From positions 1 to 24,797 of IMG/VR virus record IMGVR_UViG_3300020042_000970: a stretch of 24,797 nt of DNA. One strand, written 5' to 3'. The translations under genes were made by a program, and so were the position numbers. The stretch is from a virus (taxonomy: Duplodnaviria; Caudoviricetes). The notes under the pieces were generated by a model. It ran no database searches and was not told where the DNA came from. It was given only the letters and a program-made list of their open reading frames with translations. Positions within the stretch are counted from its first letter, which is position 1, and each line of letters begins with the position of its first letter. Below, one piece after another: positions 8,596-17,896 of the stretch.

Positions 8596-9455
8596 TATGC
8601 CGCCTCGTATGTAAACGCAACTAAAATTTTATCAGTTGACTTCCAAGTAAAAGGAATGGTTGTGCTTGCATTAGCAGGAGCAACATAAGTACCACTCGCT
8701 GTCATAACATATGCGGCTACAACATCAGTAGTTTCGTATCTGTTAATTGCGGGCCAATCTCCAGCGCCTGTAGAAGTTAAGGTCCAAGCCGCATTAACAT
8801 AAGTTGTTGACGCTTGTTTAGCAACTGGTAAAGAAAGTTGTAAACCAGTCAGCGTAAAACTTGTACCAAGAGTTATGTGTACATAACCATGAACAGTCTT
8901 ACCAAGTTTGGCATAACGAGCGGTCATTGTTCCACCAGTTCCAAGTGTAAATCCTGTGAGTGTTGGTGTGTATGCAGTCCAAGCAGTAGCAGGAAAATCT
9001 AACTGCGTTGCAAACTTTCCATCCAATGTTGTCTGAGTGTAAGTATCACCAACGCTGTAGGCAATGATGGACTCAATCATTACTACATCACTGGCGGTTA
9101 GCGCTGTTAATCCTGTAACAGTTGTGCCAGTTGAAGCAACGTAGTCTGAGCCACGAACCTGTAAGACACCGTTGATGAATACGCTTTCGTACCCTGGTGT
9201 GTACTCCAGCGCTAGAGAGTTGTTGTCGGTACCACTTAAAGATGTTTCTCCACCAGACATTGTTTTAGTCCAGCGGTAGTAAAGAGTTGAATCAACGCTA
9301 GGTACATCTTCATCGCTATCAATCCAGATGTCACCTGTAGCTGGGGTTGATGGTTGTGAAGTCTGGTACTTGATAGGCGCTAGGACTGCAGCTTGGCCGA
9401 TCTCAACCCATTCGTTTGCAGCAGAATCCCATACATAACCTGGTCTAGTTGTCAT
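8595..9455 (-). CDS. Modular fibre protein (286 aa)
   Basis: GDIWIDSD motif, VFINGVLQVRGSDY domain and C-terminal WTAYTPTL..YAKLGKTV..FTYEAA receptor-binding-like domain. Confidence 0.75.
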   Translation of the reverse strand: MTTRPGYVWDSAANEWVEIGQAAVLAPIKYQTSQPSTPATGDIWIDSDEDVPSVDSTLYYRWTKTMSGGETSLSGTDNNSLALEYTPGYESVFINGVLQVRGSDYVASTGTTVTGLTALTASDVVMIESIIAYSVGDTYTQTTLDGKFATQLDFPATAWTAYTPTLTGFTLGTGGTMTARYAKLGKTVHGYVHITLGTSFTLTGLQLSLPVAKQASTTYVNAAWTLTSTGAGDWPAINRYETTDVVAAYVMTASGTYVAPANASTTIPFTWKSTDKILVAFTYEAA

Positions 9456-9693
9456 TAGTTTCCTCTATTACAGGTGCAACAAATACGTCATTAACTTCAT
9501 CATATGTAAGACCAATGCCAGCAAATACACCACGAATGTTTCCATTGTACGAAGTACGAACGCAACGTTGTCCACGCTCGTAAGCATAAAATGCTTCCCA
9601 GTCGGTAATACCTGCGACTACTTCATCTTCGTTGCGACCAACGATAACTTCAGTAACAATATTATTTTCATCCAAAAATGCGTAGTGTGCCAT
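9445..9693 (-). CDS. Hypothetical protein accompanying Gly-rich genes (~82 aa)
   Basis: Start moved to ATG 9693 (TAATG overlap): MAHYAFLDENNIVTEVIVG..RTSYNGNIRGVFAGIGLTYD. Confidence 0.8.
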   Translation of the reverse strand: MAHYAFLDENNIVTEVIVGRNEDEVVAGITDWEAFYAYERGQRCVRTSYNGNIRGVFAGIGLTYDEVNDVFVAPVIEETNDN

Positions 9694-9884
9694 TACCATT
9701 TTCCTATCGGACAGACTGCTGTTTGCAGTTTTACTTTTTGAACCATAATACATCCACAATGTTTACATATACCAGCAATTAAAGATGAGCATTTCTGACA
9801 AGTAGAAAGTCTGTCACTTGCAATTTCGTCAAGTGTTCTTGGATGTTTATTTTTATTGAATAAGTGCCATGGTTTACTTTTCAC
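9693..9884 (-). CDS. Small Cys-rich putative metal-binding protein (63 aa)
   Basis: RLSTCxxC..CxxCGC..CPIGKW; GTGA and TAATG overlaps on both sides. Confidence 0.75.
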   Translation of the reverse strand: MKSKPWHLFNKNKHPRTLDEIASDRLSTCQKCSSLIAGICKHCGCIMVQKVKLQTAVCPIGKW

Positions 9885-10756
9885 GAAAAAGTCACGCTTC
9901 CTGTACCTGCAGTAAATGATGTTACTTTATTGGCACCGACTGTTGCTGTAGTGCCAGTAAGTCCTGCACCAATAGTAAGCGTGCGTGCAGACGGGTAAGA
10001 TAAAACTACAATTCCAGAACCACCAGCACCGCCACTTGGGTCGGGAGAAGTACCATCCATATTACCGCTAGCACCACCACCACCACCAGTATTTACTGCA
10101 CCAGCAGTACCATTGGCTTTGTAGGCACCCGCATTACCGCCACCGCCGTTACCGCCGACACCGCTTGCTCCACCTCCACCACCACCAGCGTAAAAAACTG
10201 CTGAACCAGTACGAAGAGAGTTACTTAAACCAACACCACCAGTACCGCCACCAGCACCTCCGCCGTCACCTCCTGCCGCACCAGCACCTCCGCCGCCACC
10301 TCCAAGATAACCACCGCCAGCATTACCTTGACCAGCAGTACCAGCACTACCAGAGCCTGAACCGTAACCACCCCAGCCACCACCAGAGCCACCAGTGCTT
10401 CCAGAACTTTGGATAGCACCACCACCGCCACCACCAAGTGCTGTGATTGTGCTAAATACTGAATTGCTGCCATTATTTCCATTAGTAAAATTAGCAAATC
10501 CACTACCACCAGCACCTACGGTAACTGTGTAACTGGTTAATTCAAGGTCAATAGCACCAGTTAAAAATCCACCTGCGCCACCGCCACCAGGATAAACACC
10601 ACAGCAATGGGAACCAGCCCCACCGCCTCCGCCCGCAACTACTAAGTATTCTACGGAGGAAGCAACACGAGATGGAATGTTTAGGTTTCCAGTACCTTGA
10701 CCAAGCCAAGTACTTACTTGGCTAGATGAAACCATTCGGTGTAAAGGATTAGCCAT
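9881..10756 (-). CDS. Glycine-rich domain virion protein (291 aa), paralog of 2598-3485
   Basis: VEYLVVAGGGGG, TVTVGAGG, SVFSTITALGGG, NTGGGGG, GGSGIVVLSYP. Confidence 0.85.
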   Translation of the reverse strand: MANPLHRMVSSSQVSTWLGQGTGNLNIPSRVASSVEYLVVAGGGGGAGSHCCGVYPGGGGAGGFLTGAIDLELTSYTVTVGAGGSGFANFTNGNNGSNSVFSTITALGGGGGGAIQSSGSTGGSGGGWGGYGSGSGSAGTAGQGNAGGGYLGGGGGGAGAAGGDGGGAGGGTGGVGLSNSLRTGSAVFYAGGGGGGASGVGGNGGGGNAGAYKANGTAGAVNTGGGGGASGNMDGTSPDPSGGAGGSGIVVLSYPSARTLTIGAGLTGTTATVGANKVTSFTAGTGSVTFS

Positions 10757-11124
10757 TACGCAATCCTGTTTACATAACCTGAAATCGTAATTACGTTGGT
10801 AGTAGCAGCATAAGCAGCAACTGTGTTAGCGGCAGCACCAGTACCAGTCAAAATTAAACCTGGAACAACTAAGGTTAAACCAGAGGTAGCAGGGATTGAC
10901 AGTTTAATTTCATTATCAACCGCAGTTACTCCACCCCATTGAATTGTTAATACAACTGCAGATGCTGATGAGTTGTAGGCGTATAACCAAACTTCATCTT
11001 CTATTGTTGATGAAACACCAGTGGCGTGAATAGTCGTGCCAGCGCTACCAGAAGTAGTAGCAGCAACCTTAATTGCTTTACCTTGTGTTGAACCTGAAAG
11101 AAGAACCTTAGAGTAAGTTGCCAT
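10756..11124 (-). CDS. Beta-rich virion protein (122 aa)
   Basis: GGA RBS; DEVWLYAYN and ISGYVNRI motifs; coupled to the Gly-rich gene. Confidence 0.75.
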   Translation of the reverse strand: MATYSKVLLSGSTQGKAIKVAATTSGSAGTTIHATGVSSTIEDEVWLYAYNSSASAVVLTIQWGGVTAVDNEIKLSIPATSGLTLVVPGLILTGTGAAANTVAAYAATTNVITISGYVNRIA

Positions 11125-11132
11125 TTATATTC

Positions 11133-12547
<1,415 letters not shown>

Positions 12548-12548
<1 letters not shown>

Positions 12549-12895
12549 TATTGAGTTACCTCAGCAATTATTGCAAATCCGCCAGTTAAAATTTTAGTTA
12601 CTGTGCCACTAGGTGAAGTTACTTCAAGGTCATAGACATAGTTGCCTGGAGTTAAAGCTGCTGTTTGAACAGCAGTAAGAGCAAGGGTAAACTTACCGTC
12701 AGTAGTGCCAGTTACAATGCGACCATTAGCTGTAGAAAGTTGTACAATAATAGATGCAGAATCAACATCTTGGCGAACTTGCATGTCTGCGGTATAACCA
12801 GTTACGTTTACGTAAGCATCATTTATTTTCCAGGCAGGTGCAGTGCTAAAGGTGTCACCCTGATATATAGTAAAATTAAAGCGCCCAGGTTGCAC
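12548..12895 (-). CDS. Ig-like/BppU N-terminal-like virion protein (115 aa)
   Basis: [24 protein letters not shown] and KILTG pattern; GTG start overlapping the upstream TAG. Confidence 0.7.
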
Positions 12896-13155
12896 TATGC
12901 CTCCGTAATGTTAGGACCGTAGCCACCTGCAATTAGGCTTGTACGTTCTGCTGTTGTAAGTGGATAAATGTGTCCACCTTGGTAAAATTGAACTGCGGCT
13001 TCAAGTTCCTCGATACCAGGGGAGCGAAAATGTGAGTACGATCCGTCGCTGTTAAGTAAAACGGTATCTGCTTGGTTAAGACGGTAGCGCGAAAATAAAG
13101 GGCCACCGCCTGCAGGACCTTCTTCAACTGTGGGTGGGGTGAAGTAATAAGTCAC
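12895..13155 (-). CDS. Hypothetical virion protein (86 aa)
   Basis: GAAAGGA RBS 5 nt before GTG; first gene after the capsid hairpin. Confidence 0.8.
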   Translation of the reverse strand: MTYYFTPPTVEEGPAGGGPLFSRYRLNQADTVLLNSDGSYSHFRSPGIEELEAAVQFYQGGHIYPLTTAERTSLIAGGYGPNITEA

Positions 13156-13182
13156 TGCTGTCCTTTCAAAAGTTTTGGGGGT

Positions 13183-13220
13183 AGTGCAGTCCCCGCCCGT
13201 TATGTGACGGGGACCACACC
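13183..13220 (-). terminator. Strong hairpin after the major capsid gene (U-tract-less terminator or mRNA stabiliser)
   Basis: GGTGTGGTCCCCGTC-ACATAACG-GGCGGGGACTGCACT forms a 15-bp stem including G:U pairs, followed by ACCCCC rather than poly-U. Confidence 0.65.
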
Positions 13221-13238
13221 AAATTACCTAGAGTTTAA

Positions 13239-14198
13239 TTAGGTAAGGTTGATACTTGAACTTGATTCAATACGGTAAAGCGCAGCTTCACGGTAACGCT
13301 TCCAGCCAAGTACGCCATACCATCCGATTGGACGGAAGCGCATCAACTTGTCAACAACTGGGCCAATGATTACATGTGGCTCTTCTGCAATAGCTTCTGC
13401 AAGCGCTTGCTGACCAGCAAGGATGGTGCGGAATACGCGACCACTTGAAAGTCCATCAGTTGTGTTGTATAGACGAGGGGACTCAACGAACATTGCACCT
13501 TCGTAGGTACCGATGGAGCCTGGCCATAGTTGACCTGCACCTGAATCGTTGTATACGTGAGCCTCACGCCATCCACCTGCACCAGTCTCAGCACGAAGAT
13601 CGTGTGAAACTTCAGGGTGGATACCACACCAGTATAGTTCGCCCATACGTGGGACAGCCTTGCCAGCACGAAGCTTGGCTACTGCCTTACGAACGTCAGC
13701 GGACTTAAGGGTGTTTGTGGCACCAATGTAGACAGTGCCAGTTGCGGCAGTGCCTGTTGAGTTGGCTGAATAGATTACGTTAGTTCCACCGCGTAGTTCG
13801 GTCTGAGCTAGGTCATCTAGTGAGTCAGCCATGTTGAAAGCAATAATGTTTGCAATCGCTGGATCAACGTCAGAAAGCGAGAATAATTCAAGCTTACGAG
13901 TTGCCAATGCAGCATTACCGTATTCGTTTAGGGTTACTGATACAGATGTGGTGTTGCCAAGAGCAACTGCATCTGGATCTGTGGTTTCAGTTAATGCTGA
14001 GGTAATCTTAGACATGTCGCTGTAAAGCTGGAACACGACTGAGGAACCTGGCATTGCCTGTTGCGCTGGGCGCTTGTCTGCAACGTCGCGGATCAGTGGG
14101 ATCGAACGAAGGGCAAACTCTACATAACGGTCATAGGCCGCTTGTACCAAGCTGGTACCGAGCGAACTGCCGCCTGTATCTGTAAATGCGTTAGCCAT
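13239..14198 (-). CDS. Major capsid protein (N4-gp56-like family, 319 aa)
   Basis: VTLNEYGNA, IHPEVSHDLR, GSIGTYEGAMFVES and DKLMRFRPIGWYG; follows an acidic scaffold gene; AAGGAGG RBS. Confidence 0.9.
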   Translation of the reverse strand: MANAFTDTGGSSLGTSLVQAAYDRYVEFALRSIPLIRDVADKRPAQQAMPGSSVVFQLYSDMSKITSALTETTDPDAVALGNTTSVSVTLNEYGNAALATRKLELFSLSDVDPAIANIIAFNMADSLDDLAQTELRGGTNVIYSANSTGTAATGTVYIGATNTLKSADVRKAVAKLRAGKAVPRMGELYWCGIHPEVSHDLRAETGAGGWREAHVYNDSGAGQLWPGSIGTYEGAMFVESPRLYNTTDGLSSGRVFRTILAGQQALAEAIAEEPHVIIGPVVDKLMRFRPIGWYGVLGWKRYREAALYRIESSSSINLT

Positions 14199-14204
14199 TT
14201 AGTT

Positions 14205-14221
14205 ACCCCCTCCTTGGGGGT
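14205..14221 (-). promoter_or_regulatory. Capsid RBS embedded in a 6-bp hairpin
   Basis: ACCCCC-AAGGA-GGGGGT; AAGGAGG ends 10 nt before the ATG. Confidence 0.65.
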
Positions 14222-14242
14222 TAGGGTTTGTTGTAGTTGCTG

Positions 14243-14704
14243 TTAACGACCTGTGGACATACCAAAGATCAGTTGATCCAGCTCTTCCTTGCTATTAGTT
14301 GCGGCTAAACGAGAACTTAAATCCTCATCACGACCTGAACTTGTAGCAGTAGAAGTGGATTCCTGAATACGGCGAGCCGATTCTGGAGCCACAATGTCGT
14401 CTGATTGCCCATTGGTTTGATACCCAAATACATCTGAGTATTCATCAAGCCATAGAGCAACCTTTTCGGGTGTATCCGCATCTGCTGGAATGAACGCAGC
14501 AATCTTTGGATTAACGCCCTTGGTTTCCAGGACGTCCTTTACGGTTCTTGTACGGGACTCTGAACGCAACGAAGTAAGTTCATCTCGGAGTTGCTTTGAC
14601 TCTCGTTCAGCTTTCTTCAAAGCCTTGCGAAGGTTTGCAGGACCGCTTTCTTCTTCACTATCGAAGTCGTCGTCTTCGTCGTAATCGTTGTACTGGTTGG
14701 CCAT
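14243..14704 (-). CDS. Probable capsid scaffolding protein (~153 aa)
   Basis: Acidic N-terminus and coiled coil (LRKALKKAERESKQLRDEL), directly upstream of the capsid gene. Start moved to ATG 14704, 8 nt after AAAGGGAG. Confidence 0.75.
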   Translation of the reverse strand: MANQYNDYDEDDDFDSEEESGPANLRKALKKAERESKQLRDELTSLRSESRTRTVKDVLETKGVNPKIAAFIPADADTPEKVALWLDEYSDVFGYQTNGQSDDIVAPESARRIQESTSTATSSGRDEDLSSRLAATNSKEELDQLIFGMSTGR

Positions 14705-14735
14705 AGCAGCCACTCCCTTTCATTGTTAGGTTTAG

Positions 14736-14821
14736 CGCGAACCACAACACAAGCAGGGGAACCTGTATTGGCTTTCACTGTCGGACTTATATACGCTCAC
14801 ACGGGCCGATGGATCTGTGAG
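14736..14821 (-). ncRNA. Candidate structured leader RNA (pseudoknot + hairpin) upstream of scaffold
   Basis: CTCACA/TGTGAG stem whose loop TCGG can pair with downstream CCGA, then an irregular hairpin capped CAGG-TTCC-CCTG. Confidence 0.45.
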
Positions 14822-14824
14822 GAG

Positions 14825-14901
14825 TGGATGTGTGCGGAATCGAACCGCGTGCCGTATCTGTCCGTCATGCGGATTTAGATTCGGTCTAACCTTTCACACC
14901 C
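14825..14901 (-). ncRNA. 77-nt tRNA(Ala)-mimic resembling the tRNA-like domain of tmRNA, with no mRNA-like domain
   Basis: Acceptor GGGTGTG/CACATCC with G3:U70 and discriminator A; unpaired AAAGGTTAGA D-loop; CCGAATCT/AGATACGG + TCCG/CGGA long arm; GCGG-TTCGATT-CCGC T-arm. Confidence 0.75.
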
Positions 14902-14907
14902 TTAGGA

Positions 14908-15756
14908 CTAAAACTGTCCCGACTTGCCTGTCTTTAATGAACCAGCGGCTACGCCAGACTGTCCACTAAAAGTTGATGTTTCCATTTGTCCAAGCTTTTG
15001 ACGCTTGCGCTTTGCAGACTCAAGACCAGAGAAGACCTCTTGCTCTGCAGTAGTCTGGTCATAAGTCTGACCATAAACTTGACCAAGTTTTGAAGCGGTT
15101 GGAAGTATTCCAGCAATAGCGCCGTAACCTTGTTCTGCACTGTATCCAGTAGCAGGGCCACGTTGTGCAAATTGCTCTCCAAGGTTAGTTGCTTGTAGAC
15201 CTTGTTTAACAGCAGCAGTTCCAAACTCAACGGCCTTAGCTTGCCTCTCAACAAGAGGTAGTGCACGCTCTGGGTCTAACATAAATGCGGTCATCATGCC
15301 TTCGTCAATACCGTAGATATCCCGTAAAGCTTTTGTGTACGCTGGATCTGTATTGTTTACAGCGCGAGCTGCTGAATCTGCTCGTAGTTTAATTTCACTA
15401 GCAGAAACATCTTGGCCAATAAACCCAGAGAAATCATCTGGACTATCATAGAAACCAACGGGAAGCCCAGCATCTTTAAGAGTTGCTCGGTAAGCTTCTT
15501 CTGTTGCTAGGTACTGGGATGGACTCAAAGGAGCCAGCCCATTTTTAATGCGGGTTTCATTGGCAGAAAATCTTTGTTTGTACACTGTTGTGTTTGGCAA
15601 TAGATCTGAAACAATTTGAGCTGGTGTGTAAATTGCTTGCCATCCAGTAATTTGTGGAAGCAATTCGTTAATTTGAGAATTAGTAAACCCAAGGTCTTTA
15701 AGAGTTTTAGTAAAGACTTCACGGGCATCCATTGGTGGTACTACTGGTTCAGCCAT
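14908..15756 (-). CDS. Probable internal virion/ejection protein (282 aa)
   Basis: Ala/Gln-rich helical ORF coupled by TAATG; last of four large genes after the portal. Confidence 0.55.
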   Translation of the reverse strand: MAEPVVPPMDAREVFTKTLKDLGFTNSQINELLPQITGWQAIYTPAQIVSDLLPNTTVYKQRFSANETRIKNGLAPLSPSQYLATEEAYRATLKDAGLPVGFYDSPDDFSGFIGQDVSASEIKLRADSAARAVNNTDPAYTKALRDIYGIDEGMMTAFMLDPERALPLVERQAKAVEFGTAAVKQGLQATNLGEQFAQRGPATGYSAEQGYGAIAGILPTASKLGQVYGQTYDQTTAEQEVFSGLESAKRKRQKLGQMETSTFSGQSGVAAGSLKTGKSGQF

Positions 15757-16868
15757 TACATCTTTCCAAACTGTCGGGCAATTTCAGAAGCCAAACCAGT
15801 CATATCTTTAACTGCAGTGTTAGTTTTGAAATAGCGATCATCTTGCTTTAACTCACGTTCAAAAGCCCATACTGGTTTAGCAACTGGTTTGTTTTGTTCG
15901 TCAAAGCCCATCAAGGCTTGTGAAATTGTTGGATCATTTAAGTCAATGTCAGTAGGTGGTAACTCTAGGATCCTGGCCATACTCTGTACATACGGTGAAG
16001 CAATGGAGGTTACTGTTTGACCAGCATCAATTTGAGCAGCAAATGCTCCATACTTACTCTTGGCATCATCTTTAATTATTTTATCGTAGTAAGCCATATT
16101 GGATTGACCAGACAATGTGCCTTGAGCTGCATTGGTAAACCATTCATCACCATATTGCAAACCCATGTTAGTTGCTTGTTCTTTAAGTTTTTGTATAGTA
16201 GTAGCGGCTTCGCCACCTGTACCAGTTATGCGACCAGTAGCAGCAACGTGTTGTTTTAGTAATGCTTCATCTATACCTTTACCCCATGAAAGAAATAAGG
16301 TGTCATTGGCAAGTTTGTCAACGTCAGCAGGGTTTAACTCAAATCCCATGTCCCGTGCAGTTTGAGCAATCTTACCTTTAATTTCAGTTAGAGAAGCGTT
16401 CCATGCGCCAGGATCTGATAGGCGTGCAGTTTCCGCTAAACGCCATGTTGGTCCGTTAGACTTAAACCAACTTGAGTTTTGAAAAGCAGCTTGAAATTTA
16501 TCAGGAGACCACTTTTCTGCAACTGCCTGATTAAATAAACCTTGAAGCTCTGGGTTGCTATTAACTAAAGCAGCTTGCACACCATATTGTGCAGCAAAAT
16601 CTGGAGCAGATGCTTGGGAAGTATTTGCAATATCGGTAACCGAAGATCCCGATGTGTTAGCTTGGATTCTTTGGGCTAGAGATCCTAAAAATGCTTTTGG
16701 ATCAGTGGTTGCTGTAACTGATTTCAGGTTATTCATTATGTAAGTTAACTCATTGGCACTTACACCTTCGCCAGTCCTAGCGGCTTGATTGTAAATTTTT
16801 TGAGCTGCTGCTTTTTGAGATTTTGGAAGTGCATTAATAGCGGCTTGAACCTGTGCTTTAGTTGCCAT
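15756..16868 (-). CDS. Probable internal virion/ejection protein (370 aa)
   Basis: Ala/Gln-rich and helical; TAATG overlaps on both sides. Confidence 0.55.
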   Translation of the reverse strand: MATKAQVQAAINALPKSQKAAAQKIYNQAARTGEGVSANELTYIMNNLKSVTATTDPKAFLGSLAQRIQANTSGSSVTDIANTSQASAPDFAAQYGVQAALVNSNPELQGLFNQAVAEKWSPDKFQAAFQNSSWFKSNGPTWRLAETARLSDPGAWNASLTEIKGKIAQTARDMGFELNPADVDKLANDTLFLSWGKGIDEALLKQHVAATGRITGTGGEAATTIQKLKEQATNMGLQYGDEWFTNAAQGTLSGQSNMAYYDKIIKDDAKSKYGAFAAQIDAGQTVTSIASPYVQSMARILELPPTDIDLNDPTISQALMGFDEQNKPVAKPVWAFERELKQDDRYFKTNTAVKDMTGLASEIARQFGKM

Positions 16869-17896
16869 TAAATGCCACCTCCAACTGGGCCTTGTAGTGT
16901 GCTTAACATTGCATCAAAATAAGTAGTTGCTTTTTGGTAGGAAGCAAACTCTGGATTTGCTTCTGCTTGCTGTTGCATAAACCCACGCTCATCTACACCA
17001 CCAGTAATAACAGAATCACCTGTGGCAGATGTTTCAGTTATTGTAGGATTTTGTTTAAGAGTATTATTTAATGACTGATACAACATGCGTAATTCATCAT
17101 CATTAAGTGCACGGCCAACAGAATTTTGGTAAATACCATCTGCAGCAGAACGAACCTGTTGCATGGTATATTGAGTAGTTTGCCTGCGGGTAGAAGCCAT
17201 GCTTGTATTGCCAGTGCCATCAGGGTCAGTGCCAGGTAGCTTTGCTGTTGCCTCAGCAACTGATAACTGTATTCCATTTTTAGCAGCAGCGTTAATAATT
17301 GCTTGAACGTTTGGATCTGTTACTTGAGCAATTATTGGAGATGCTACATTAGGGCTAGATCCGCGTCTATCTTCGGCACCTTGCATTGAACCAGGGGTAA
17401 CAACAGGTTTTGTTGTTTCACCTTTTTGTTCCTTGGTGGGATCAGTAACCTTTGAAGGAACTACATTTGGTTTGTAGCCTGGAGGTTCAGTACCAAATAC
17501 TTTTACGTACTCAGCAACAATAGGATCAAGTGCAGCTTGTGCATTAAGTGCTGCTTGCTTATCCTTGGGATCTCCAGTCTTACGGTACTTGTCAATAAGA
17601 TCTTCACGTCTGCGATAAGCAACACCATACTTACTGGTAATACTAGACTTAGTATTATCCTCAGTGCGCTGGTCTTTGCGAGCGTTTTTACCAGCCTCTA
17701 CTTGTGGGCGAGGAGCATCAAGTGAAGCGCGTTGCATATTTTCTCTTGCAATGCGTTCTTCAATTTCTTTTTTGGCTGCATACTCAGCATCTGCCTTAGC
17801 TTCGGCAGCTTTTTTCTTTGCTCTGGCTTTTCTTTCAGCTTCTTTCTTGGCTTCAATTTCAGCCAAGCGCTCTTCGATTGTTTTATTTTCTGCCAT
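16868..17896 (-). CDS. Probable internal virion protein with charged N-terminal helix (342 aa)
   Basis: E/K/A/R-rich N-terminus, Pro/Thr linker and helical C-terminus; TAATG overlaps. Confidence 0.55.
   Translation of the reverse strand: MAENKTIEERLAEIEAKKEAERKARAKKKAAEAKADAEYAAKKEIEERIARENMQRASLDAPRPQVEAGKNARKDQRTEDNTKSSITSKYGVAYRRREDLIDKYRKTGDPKDKQAALNAQAALDPIVAEYVKVFGTEPPGYKPNVVPSKVTDPTKEQKGETTKPVVTPGSMQGAEDRRGSSPNVASPIIAQVTDPNVQAIINAAAKNGIQLSVAEATAKLPGTDPDGTGNTSMASTRRQTTQYTMQQVRSAADGIYQNSVGRALNDDELRMLYQSLNNTLKQNPTITETSATGDSVITGGVDERGFMQQQAEANPEFASYQKATTYFDAMLSTLQGPVGGGI

Noticed and set aside
8074-9000. AT-richer patch suggesting recent module swap in fibre tips
   Set aside because: This is a visual impression only; it needs a sliding-window GC/codon calculation that I could not run.
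2598-10756. Diversity-generating retroelement TR/VR pair between the Gly-rich paralogs
   Set aside because: There is no reverse transcriptase, both copies are coding, and the differences are not adenine-specific.
14825-14901. Canonical tRNA gene, full tmRNA, or attP remnant
   Set aside because: There is no D-stem or canonical anticodon arm, and no room for a tag ORF. Both acceptor strands are present and no integrase is in the window, so an att fragment is unsupported.
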